From the IMG/VR virus record IMGVR_UViG_2522572172_000008: 42,502 nt of DNA. One strand, 5' to 3'. This stretch comes from an uncultured virus (IMG/VR IMGVR_UViG_2522572172_000008) (lineage: Duplodnaviria > Heunggongvirae > Uroviricota > Caudoviricetes). Positions 30,512 through 38,712 of the stretch are shown here, piece by piece. Positions within the stretch are counted from its first letter, which is position 1; each line of letters starts with the position of its first letter. Made by a program: the position numbers and the translations under genes. Under the pieces are notes generated by a model. That model was not told the DNA's origin and did no database searches. It worked only from the letters and a program-made list of their open reading frames with translations.

Positions 30512-30667
30512 TTAATCTTTTAATCTTCCCATTTCTCGCAAGTATTGTTCTCTATTTCGTTTTAATTTCGGTCTCTCTTTCAATTGGTATATACCTGCAT
30601 CAACAATTTTGTACAGAGAGTACGCAACTAAAAATATTAAATAACCATCAAGTAATTCTTGTAACAT
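30512..30667 (-). CDS. 51-aa single-TM small protein, not in the ORF track (MLQELLDGYLIFLVAYSLYKIV...MGRLKD)
   Basis: AGGAG RBS, its own near-consensus promoter and downstream hairpins; hydrophobic N-half and basic C-half. Confidence 0.7.
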   Translation of the reverse strand: MLQELLDGYLIFLVAYSLYKIVDAGIYQLKERPKLKRNREQYLREMGRLKD

Positions 30668-30738
30668 ACTATCATCTCCTTTTTTTGTAGAGTTATCACA
30701 AACCCTTCCTGTTTTTTAATATTCATTTATATAATTAT

Positions 30739-30767
30739 ATTATATAACTTTAATACTTATTCGTCAA
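30739..30767 (-). promoter_or_regulatory. sigmaA promoter for the 51-aa ORF
   Basis: TTGACG (30767-30762), 17-nt spacer, TATAAT (30744-30739), AT-rich UP region. Confidence 0.75.
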
Positions 30768-30867
30768 TTATTTTTTTCTAAAATAAGCTAATTATTTAAT
30801 GAAATGAACATAAAAAGAGACTCATCGTTTTTCATACGACAAATCTCTCTTCCTAAATTCGTTGTTT

Positions 30868-33627
30868 CTATTTCTTAACCCTTCTGTAATTTGGTAATTG
30901 AAGCATTTCATTATTGGAGAAGTTCGTATTAATATCTTTTTGAATAATATAATTCTTCCCAGATTTTGATACGTTTTTATATCCAAATGCTTCTTTATCT
31001 ACCCACATACCAACAGTTCCTTTTTCTTTATTTACTGTAGCATGAAGAATACCTTTTGATTTGTAATAATCCATTGCTTGCTTATCATTGTTTTTGAATG
31101 ATTCCATCACAGTTGCAAGATTTTGTTCTTCTTGCGTTCCTTTCAGATTTGAATTATTAAATTGTTGAGTCGCTTCATCAAAGTCGTATTCTACATACAT
31201 TTTGTTGTCACCCACATCAACCATTTGTTTAATACCAGTATCTTCTTCTAACCCTTTTGCATCATGGTAGCGAGTAATATTCCCATCATTTGAAAGGTCT
31301 TCTTTCATGTACCCTTCTGCCTGTTTTTTATAAGAGTCTAAACTGTCAGGTGAACTACCTGTAGCCATATCTTTCATTGCGCCAAATGCAGATTTAACAC
31401 TTCCATCTCCATTGTTCTTACGGGAAGTAAAGCTATCATTTGCTTTATTAAATGTTTGCATCCCTTTTTGTTTTGCAAGGTCAGTAGCTAATCCCATACC
31501 TGCTCTATCACCAACAGCACTTGAACCTGCCATGACACCACCAATTGTTCCTACCTTTGCGGTTGCCATTGCAACTCTACCCATACCTTTCGCACCTTCT
31601 TTAAGGATTGATTTTTTCTTTAAGCTTGGTGCAGGGCTATTGCTACCTGCTTTTCCATTCATTTCTCTCATCTGACTGTTCATTGCATGAGTTTGTTTAC
31701 TATCTACATCTGCCATAGAACTCGCCCCCATATTTGCACCGCCAGAACCACCTGCTCCAATTCCATTGAAGTTTTGAGCTCCTTTTTTGTTCATTTGTGA
31801 ACCACCACTTACAGATTCCATAGTTTTCTTACGGTTACGTTGCTCCATAAATCCTGCGGTAGCTCCTCCTACCATACCCATACCCATACTTAATGCTTGA
31901 CCACCAATTTGACCTGAAATACCACCGCCAGAAAGTCCCATTAGGTTTTGACGGAACCATTGTGTCATTGGTACAAACGCAATAAGCAAGATGATACTTT
32001 CTATTAATCTTGTTTGTCCTAATGTTGTTACATTCGCAAAGAACGCTATCATTAAGGCATGGAATGTTTGCATATATATGTTTGATGTTAATTCTTTCAT
32101 ATAGTTACCAAACAATTGTTTGTATTTACCACCAAATGCAATGGATACAACAAATAATGGTGCTGTTGCATATAATAACGCAACTGTAATTGCTCTCATG
32201 ATATACACAAAGTTAAAGTAAATCATGATGATAAAGAATGCAATGTTGATTAAAATCGCACCTACTAAACCTGAACTCATTGTATTTGCTGTTCCAAATG
32301 ATTGAGAATAATTCGACGCACTCCCAAATATAGCAACTAACTTAAAGTTAATAACTGCTAATATGTGGAATAAAGGTCCAATCAACGCTAACATAAATCC
32401 TGTCATTAACAGGTTTTGAATACCATCAATTAAATTTACTCGCATCATTGGATTTACTGCGGATAAGTTTCGAGAAACTAATAACTTAACAATTGCTCCA
32501 ATGATAAGTGCCCAAGCAAGACATTGACACACCCAGAATAGTGATTGAGCTGAATCAAACCAGTTTAAAGGCATAAGACCTTGGTAAGTAGTTGTTGCTC
32601 TTGCTCCATCATTTAGCATTAATTCTTGGAAACTATATAGTCCAAGTAATTGACGAACAACACCTAATACACTACTGATAAACTCACTGAAATATTGTTC
32701 GATTTTACCTGGTTTTACTAACTCATCAATTTGAGAAAATGAAATTCCATCTTTTAGATAGTTTGTATTCCCTTGTAATACGATTCTTTTCCAGTCTAAG
32801 TTTTTAACTTCTTTATCTTCTACTTTATCCCTGTAATCTTCAGGAATTGTGTTTGCTAATTCCTGTCCAGGATAGTATCCTTTTGGAACCATAGCAACGA
32901 AATAAGATGGTTCTCCACCAGAAACTTTAATTTTTATGTAGTGACCTTTATCAATCCCCTTTAAAGGATGTTCAATGTCATTACCCGAAGAAAACGTAAA
33001 TGATTTCCCATTAAAGCTAACTTCTGTAGAACTACCATCCATTGCACTATCAGATGCATTCGCTACATCTACTGCCAGTTCCATAAATTCTGTTCTTGTA
33101 CTTGTTTTTTCCTTGTCAGAACTTTTATAGTCTGACGCAGATAAAATATATGCAATCGCATCATTAAAACTATTAACCAAGTTATCAGCAACCCAATATG
33201 CACGTTCCCTATCTAATCCCGTTGCATCATGGTTACTTTGTGTTTTTCCTTGGTGATACCCTGGGAATGTATAAAGAAGTGCCCAATCTTTACCAGTTAG
33301 ATGTGATTTAGGAACAAATTCTTCATATTCTTTCTTTAGTTTATCCGCTTCACCAGAAACAGGTGGTAATGTGAAATTACTTGTTTTTGCGTGTTCTGCA
33401 AAAATACCAATTTCTGATTCTTTGTGATTTGATAACTTCCAATCATTATCCTCTTGTGTCACAACCGCATTGTAACGATATGAACCAAAATCAATAGCAA
33501 TCCCCATAAAATACGCATCGTGAGCGTATGCTTTAATAGGTGACATTAACAAGGTGGTTGCCGTTACAGCAGTTAAAGCAAATTTAGAGAGGGTTTTAAA
33601 AAACCCTCCTTTTTTTCGGTCACTCAT
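30868..33627 (-). CDS. VirB6/TrbL-like conjugation membrane protein
   Basis: Signal peptide (AYA|H), extracellular domain, about 7 TM core with MRAITVALLYATAPLFVV, Gly/Met-rich tail; follows virB4. Confidence 0.8.
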   Translation of the reverse strand: MSDRKKGGFFKTLSKFALTAVTATTLLMSPIKAYAHDAYFMGIAIDFGSYRYNAVVTQEDNDWKLSNHKESEIGIFAEHAKTSNFTLPPVSGEADKLKKEYEEFVPKSHLTGKDWALLYTFPGYHQGKTQSNHDATGLDRERAYWVADNLVNSFNDAIAYILSASDYKSSDKEKTSTRTEFMELAVDVANASDSAMDGSSTEVSFNGKSFTFSSGNDIEHPLKGIDKGHYIKIKVSGGEPSYFVAMVPKGYYPGQELANTIPEDYRDKVEDKEVKNLDWKRIVLQGNTNYLKDGISFSQIDELVKPGKIEQYFSEFISSVLGVVRQLLGLYSFQELMLNDGARATTTYQGLMPLNWFDSAQSLFWVCQCLAWALIIGAIVKLLVSRNLSAVNPMMRVNLIDGIQNLLMTGFMLALIGPLFHILAVINFKLVAIFGSASNYSQSFGTANTMSSGLVGAILINIAFFIIMIYFNFVYIMRAITVALLYATAPLFVVSIAFGGKYKQLFGNYMKELTSNIYMQTFHALMIAFFANVTTLGQTRLIESIILLIAFVPMTQWFRQNLMGLSGGGISGQIGGQALSMGMGMVGGATAGFMEQRNRKKTMESVSGGSQMNKKGAQNFNGIGAGGSGGANMGASSMADVDSKQTHAMNSQMREMNGKAGSNSPAPSLKKKSILKEGAKGMGRVAMATAKVGTIGGVMAGSSAVGDRAGMGLATDLAKQKGMQTFNKANDSFTSRKNNGDGSVKSAFGAMKDMATGSSPDSLDSYKKQAEGYMKEDLSNDGNITRYHDAKGLEEDTGIKQMVDVGDNKMYVEYDFDEATQQFNNSNLKGTQEEQNLATVMESFKNNDKQAMDYYKSKGILHATVNKEKGTVGMWVDKEAFGYKNVSKSGKNYIIQKDINTNFSNNEMLQLPNYRRVKK

Positions 33628-33644
33628 AAGTATCCCTCCTTACA

Positions 33645-35630
33645 TTAAGCGATTTTTTTCTTTATTTGAATGTGGTTATGATTCTCTTCTACTTCATCCA
33701 AAGGTTTCGCTTGATGTGCTTTTTTAATTAAATCCACTTCAAATTCAAATGGCATTACATAAGCAACAGAGCTTTCTCCATTCATACGAATCAGTAACTC
33801 GCCTCGTTGTGCTTGTAGTAAGAAGTTTCTTTCTCCATCAGATAATTTGAATGTGTCTTGTAATAAATCAATATCCGTACTATCTTGACGTAGGAAGATA
33901 TTGACTACAGCATTCGTTAATACCGCTTTACCTTGCTCATTATTCGCAAATTCGATAAAGTTTTGAGATGCTACTAACAATCCACCGTTACGTTTACGGA
34001 TACGTCTTGAACAGTTTTCTAAGAATTGAGATGTATATTCAAATCCTGCCATATTTTTATTTACTAACATCCATGCTTCATCACAGACAATACGTTTTTT
34101 GATATGTGGATTTTTCTTGGCAAATTTCTCCCAAGTCCAACTCATTGAAACGAACATGCCAATTGGTCGAAGTACGCTTTCTTCTAATCTACTAATATCG
34201 AAAGTAACAATTGGTGCATCTTTAAAGTTTGCTAATTCTTCAGATGTATAACAGTCGAACATGTCATACACGCCACCCTCTTTAAAGATTTTTAGTGCAT
34301 TTGCTAAACTTTCTAATTCTTTATTCTGTTCTTTTCTTGCATAAGACTCAAATTCATCATGGAAGTCTGTAAATCTTGGCATTTGACGTTTACGACCTGT
34401 TTCTGAGAACTCACCAGTTAACTCATCAAAGTATGGTTCATTGTCATATAACGAATCAGGGGCTGATGTAAAGCCTTTATCCTTATATACTTTTGCAAGA
34501 TTGTGACCTACAATAGAACGTTGTTCAGGTGTTAATCCCCCTGCCATAACCGCTACAAGGTTTAACAAGTCGGCAACTTTCGATTTTAAATCAATCTCCT
34601 CTTTACCAGTGTCCACATTATATTCTGTCTCTACATCAAACGGATTAAGGAAGTGTTTAGAGTCAGGTGCTACATAAATATGTGCTCCTCCTAATGCTCT
34701 TGTAAGTGGTTTGTACTCTCCCTCAGGGTCAATAATTACTGTACGTACACCACGTAATGCACTTCTCATTGTTAATAAGGACACGAAGAATGTTTTACCA
34801 GAACCCGCTTGACCGAATACCGTAATATTCGAGTTATTTAATTTATTTCTATCATAAAAATCAATTAATACAGGGGTAGACGTTGATAAATTCACTCCAC
34901 AGAAAATACCTGTTTCATGAGAGATTTCAGAATTATAGAATGGGAAACATGCTGTTAGAGCTCCAGAGTTGAAGTTTCTGAATGAATCTAATATATAAGT
35001 TTTCCCAAATGGAAGAGCTGATTTATAGCCATCATCTTGTCTTAAATAGGTAGGCATCATATAAACCTTTCTACCCTTTAATTTGTTGTCTAACTTTTGG
35101 GATTCCTTATTCAACTCCTCTTTAGAATCCGCATATAAATTCGATGTGATTTGGATGTAAAAAAGGTTTTCATAGTTTTGCTCTAATTTTTCACGTTGGT
35201 TATATAATTGAACAATCGTATTTCTTAATCGTGTAATATCACGAATATTCCCCTTTTCTGTTTCGATTTGTAATTGCGATTCGAATTGCGTAAGTTTATG
35301 CGTTAATTCATCAAGAGCTGTTCTATCATCAGCAGGTTCGATATATAACGCTGTATCTAAATCACCTTCATAGCTATATAACAAATCAAGCCAACCCACA
35401 GATACGTTTGTAGGAAATCCCTGCATAACCATATTACGCACGTATTTATTTCCTACTTTTAAACAATCATCAAAACTTCTATCAAAAGAAGGAGGAGCAA
35501 CAAAATCCTTCATACTCCTTGTCCCTCTTTCTAATGTATCTGTTTGTTCTTCTTTATGATTGGCATTTAAATCAATAATTGCATCTCCGTTTATTTTATT
35601 TTTTGATTTTTTCTTCTTAAAGAATGACAT
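33645..35630 (-). CDS. virB4: VirB4-family conjugative transfer ATPase
   Basis: GQAGSGKT, IIDPEGEY, LNPFD, CDEAW, RRIRKRNG and ASQN. Confidence 0.92.
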   Translation of the reverse strand: MSFFKKKKSKNKINGDAIIDLNANHKEEQTDTLERGTRSMKDFVAPPSFDRSFDDCLKVGNKYVRNMVMQGFPTNVSVGWLDLLYSYEGDLDTALYIEPADDRTALDELTHKLTQFESQLQIETEKGNIRDITRLRNTIVQLYNQREKLEQNYENLFYIQITSNLYADSKEELNKESQKLDNKLKGRKVYMMPTYLRQDDGYKSALPFGKTYILDSFRNFNSGALTACFPFYNSEISHETGIFCGVNLSTSTPVLIDFYDRNKLNNSNITVFGQAGSGKTFFVSLLTMRSALRGVRTVIIDPEGEYKPLTRALGGAHIYVAPDSKHFLNPFDVETEYNVDTGKEEIDLKSKVADLLNLVAVMAGGLTPEQRSIVGHNLAKVYKDKGFTSAPDSLYDNEPYFDELTGEFSETGRKRQMPRFTDFHDEFESYARKEQNKELESLANALKIFKEGGVYDMFDCYTSEELANFKDAPIVTFDISRLEESVLRPIGMFVSMSWTWEKFAKKNPHIKKRIVCDEAWMLVNKNMAGFEYTSQFLENCSRRIRKRNGGLLVASQNFIEFANNEQGKAVLTNAVVNIFLRQDSTDIDLLQDTFKLSDGERNFLLQAQRGELLIRMNGESSVAYVMPFEFEVDLIKKAHQAKPLDEVEENHNHIQIKKKIA

Positions 35631-36603
35631 CTTTATCAGCCTCCATCTCAGGAATATTTGGAATTTCTACAGATGGTGTTTTGTAGTAACCTGCAACAGC
35701 TTCTCGAATTTTATTGATTTCTTGAATCGCTTTATTTGCTGAACCTTTCACATCTGCATCTACTCCATTACTCTCTAATAATTCTTTTTCTAAGCGAATT
35801 TGAGATTCATATAAAATCCAATCCAATTTCCCTTCTGGTAATACCTCTTGTAATGGATTCTTCTTACCTTCCACCATAAGATTTAAGTATTCACCACTTA
35901 CAACACCTTCAGCATGTGAATGGTTTTGTCTGTGATAGACACCAAATATTACTTCTGCAACTTCATTCGTTTCTAAAATGTTTCCCTTTACACCAATACC
36001 TGCTAATCCATCAATTAACATTTGGCAACGTGTATAAAGTTCTTTTGCAGAATAATCGTATTTTTCCTCATCCGTAGCTGTCGTTAACTCATTCGCTTCC
36101 ATATAAGGTACGATGATATATTTTTTCTTTTGTTTGTTATTACCAATAATTGTTGGTAAATTTGCCATTTCTGAATAATAAGCGTCCCCATAACTTTCTA
36201 AATTCGGATAGTCTTTTATTGTAGTCAGAATATCATCTTCTAATAACTTCAATGTTTTCGCATTATCAACTGTTCTTGTATGAACAAAGAATGTGATTGG
36301 ATGCGATAATGAATTTAAGAAACGTTGGAAAGATAAATCAATAATTTCTTTTTCTTTTTCTGTTTTCAAATCATAGTTAATAGAGTTGCATTCAATAATC
36401 GCTCTATAGTGATGTTGACCTAAATCAATCATTGAATCGGTAATATCTTTATACGGCAGGAAATCTTGTGCATTTTTAATGTCCTCCCTTGTAGATGTAT
36501 CCGCTTGTTTTGGGTCGGTTTTCTTCAATTGATACATAACAGCCCATCCCATACCACCAAATAGAGCAAGTAATAAAACGGTTCCTATAATTACTCCTGT
36601 CAT
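35617..36603 (-). CDS. Conjugation protein with N-terminal TM anchor (TrsD/VirB4-accessory-like)
   Basis: AQDFLPYKDI, SINYDLK and FQRFLNSL; lies between the PrgI-like gene and virB4, overlapping virB4. Confidence 0.7.
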   Translation of the reverse strand: MTGVIIGTVLLLALFGGMGWAVMYQLKKTDPKQADTSTREDIKNAQDFLPYKDITDSMIDLGQHHYRAIIECNSINYDLKTEKEKEIIDLSFQRFLNSLSHPITFFVHTRTVDNAKTLKLLEDDILTTIKDYPNLESYGDAYYSEMANLPTIIGNNKQKKKYIIVPYMEANELTTATDEEKYDYSAKELYTRCQMLIDGLAGIGVKGNILETNEVAEVIFGVYHRQNHSHAEGVVSGEYLNLMVEGKKNPLQEVLPEGKLDWILYESQIRLEKELLESNGVDADVKGSANKAIQEINKIREAVAGYYKTPSVEIPNIPEMEADKDVIL

Positions 36604-36605
36604 TC

Positions 36606-36911
36606 TTACACTTCCCTTCTACGGTTTATTAGTTTTTTTGTTTTTCTCTTTAAAGCACGTTTTCGACTGATATACTCCCATAATGTCATGTCCAATTTTT
36701 TCTTAAAGGCAAATGGTGTTCCTGACAGTAACCCAATAAGCCCTAAGAAACAGGATATAATTCCGTTTCCAATTGTGACAAAGCTCAAAATGAAGAATAG
36801 TGCTCCCAGACCGAAGCCACCTAATAACCAGAAAAATTGATTTAAATTTAATACGCCCCCGATAACTTTTTCCTTCTCTTTCATATCAGGAGGAACTGGA
36901 TAAATCTTCAT
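36606..36911 (-). CDS. PrgI-family (VirB3-like) protein
   Basis: YPVPPDMKEKEKVIGGVLNLNQF followed by two TM helices and a basic tail. Confidence 0.8.
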   Translation of the reverse strand: MKIYPVPPDMKEKEKVIGGVLNLNQFFWLLGGFGLGALFFILSFVTIGNGIISCFLGLIGLLSGTPFAFKKKLDMTLWEYISRKRALKRKTKKLINRRREV

Positions 36912-37071
36912 GAGAACCCACCCCTTTCATTGACTATAGTTAATGTTATATGATATATAATAGATAGTCTACGGATTACTATTCCTATATGGTTCGACTA
37001 TATGGGGGAAGCTGTTCTACTTAATACATAATCGAAACACAAGATAAACGAACGAGAAATGAGAGGGTTTT

Positions 37072-37410
37072 ATGAATAAAAAAATAGTAATTATGGAGTA
37101 TAGTGATGGGCAAATCTCTGTATTGTTTGAGGATAAAACGAGAAGGATTATTAGTAGAGGCGAGTTAGGTCTAATTCAATTAACACAACAACATCGTAAG
37201 AATCCTAAAGTAGAATATATGGAGTTAACTGAGCTTGAGGTTGTTATTAGATTAAGCTTTATTAGAAGATTTATAGAAAATAATGTATTAGATGGTTCTG
37301 TGGATAAAGTTCAACTAAAACATCACATTGATAAATTGAATTTTTACCATCAGTATGGAATCATTTCTGATGAAGATTTTGAGGATTATATGAGTCGAAT
37401 AAAGGCATAA
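37072..37410 (+). CDS. Hypothetical protein on the opposite strand within the tra region
   Basis: GAGG RBS; 112 aa; terminator follows. Confidence 0.7.
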   Translation: MNKKIVIMEYSDGQISVLFEDKTRRIISRGELGLIQLTQQHRKNPKVEYMELTELEVVIRLSFIRRFIENNVLDGSVDKVQLKHHIDKLNFYHQYGIISDEDFEDYMSRIKA

Positions 37411-37413
37411 AAA

Positions 37414-37440
37414 ATAAAGTACCTATTTTAGGTACTTTAT
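37414..37440. terminator. Bidirectional terminator
   Basis: ATAAAGTACCTA-TTT-TAGGTACTTTAT perfect stem between convergent genes. Confidence 0.75.
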
Positions 37441-38585
37441 TGCATGAGAGGTAATAGTTTTTCATTCAGGATACGTTCGATGTTTTTAGGATTTTTATTG
37501 AACTCTTTATAACTTATCCTGATTAGTAAAAGCTCATTTGATATACAATATTCATCCTTTATTCTATCTTTTATTTGTCTTTTTCTAAACGATTCCTCTC
37601 CCCCAAAATGTTCAACAGGCTTTATATGTTGTATTCCATCAAATTCAATGAGGGTTACAATTTTATTTTCTTTAAAAACTGCAAAATCAAATCTAAGTTT
37701 CCCTTTATAAATACAATCATCAAAAGTGTATTCCTTTTCATATTCAATGTTCTTACTTTCAAGATAGTTCATTATAAGCTGTTCACCTTTACTGGAGTTG
37801 CATTTTATACAAACCGAACCTACCAATAAACTATCAGGATTCAAATCAAATATATGATTACACTTCTTATGCCTAACTGTTATTTTCACTCTACTGCCCT
37901 GATACTCACTTAATAAGGTGTATTCATCATCATAGATATCAGCTATTTCTCTTTTGAATTCTTGATGTGTTTTTAATTTATTTAACCTTCTTCTTTGTTT
38001 TGTACATTCAGGGCATGTTGCTTTTCTTTGAAGAAATCCATCTGCTCTTGGACTCCATTCGTACTCACACTTATTGTGTCTGATTTTAATCTTATTTGAA
38101 TTACTTTTATACTGTCCTATCACACTGTATTCAGAGCCATAAATACTATCTATTTCTCTTACATAGTCTTCATGACTTTTCCTAATATTACCTGCACAAA
38201 AAGAACATCTCGCTCCTAATGAAATGAAATCATTTGGTCGAATATCATATTCCCTTCCACACATATTATGCTTTACCGTTAGAGGGGTTTTACTATTCTT
38301 ATACTCTCCTAAAACCTCATACTCATCACCTACTAATTTTTTTATCTCTTCTTTAAATGATTTTGTTGTCTTTTTTATTTTTCCATAACAATTTGGACAT
38401 CGTTTACTTTTAAAAAATACCCGTGGCTGTACATCCCATTCATAGTCACAAGCATCATGTCTCATACGAATTAATTCACTTGACGTCTTATAAACACCTA
38501 ATACAGTGTATTCGTTCCCTCTTTTTTCTTTCACTTCTTTCAGGAAATATTCATGCGTTTTTTGATAACCTCTTGGCATTTTCAT
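37437..38585 (-). CDS. Free-standing putative homing endonuclease: four Zn-ribbon repeats plus a Vsr/DUF559-like (EDxHD-type) nuclease domain
   Basis: Four ~62-aa repeats (EY.VLG.Y...H..C...P..F...C..C), then SKGE...LRFDF...IEFDGIQH...DRIKD...LIRISY. Confidence 0.8.
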   Translation of the reverse strand: MKMPRGYQKTHEYFLKEVKEKRGNEYTVLGVYKTSSELIRMRHDACDYEWDVQPRVFFKSKRCPNCYGKIKKTTKSFKEEIKKLVGDEYEVLGEYKNSKTPLTVKHNMCGREYDIRPNDFISLGARCSFCAGNIRKSHEDYVREIDSIYGSEYSVIGQYKSNSNKIKIRHNKCEYEWSPRADGFLQRKATCPECTKQRRRLNKLKTHQEFKREIADIYDDEYTLLSEYQGSRVKITVRHKKCNHIFDLNPDSLLVGSVCIKCNSSKGEQLIMNYLESKNIEYEKEYTFDDCIYKGKLRFDFAVFKENKIVTLIEFDGIQHIKPVEHFGGEESFRKRQIKDRIKDEYCISNELLLIRISYKEFNKNPKNIERILNEKLLPLMQ

Positions 38586-38659
38586 CCCCCTTTCTTATCA
38601 TGTATCAATAGATACAACTATTTTATATATGCTATGTATTCTATGTTTTTTACCCAAAA

Positions 38660-38698
38660 GAAAAAACGCACCTGGAAATTATCCAAGTACGTTTTTTT
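38660..38698 (-). terminator. Intrinsic terminator directly after pilin exon 3
   Basis: Minus strand AAAAACGTACTTGGA-loop-TCCAGGTGCGTTTTTT, about 15 nt after the TAA at 38713. Confidence 0.75.
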
Positions 38699-38712
38699 GG
38701 CTTGTTCTTTGC

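Noticed and set aside
30496..30690. 64-aa plus-strand ORF
   Set aside because: No RBS; the minus-strand 51-aa ORF has both an RBS and a consensus promoter
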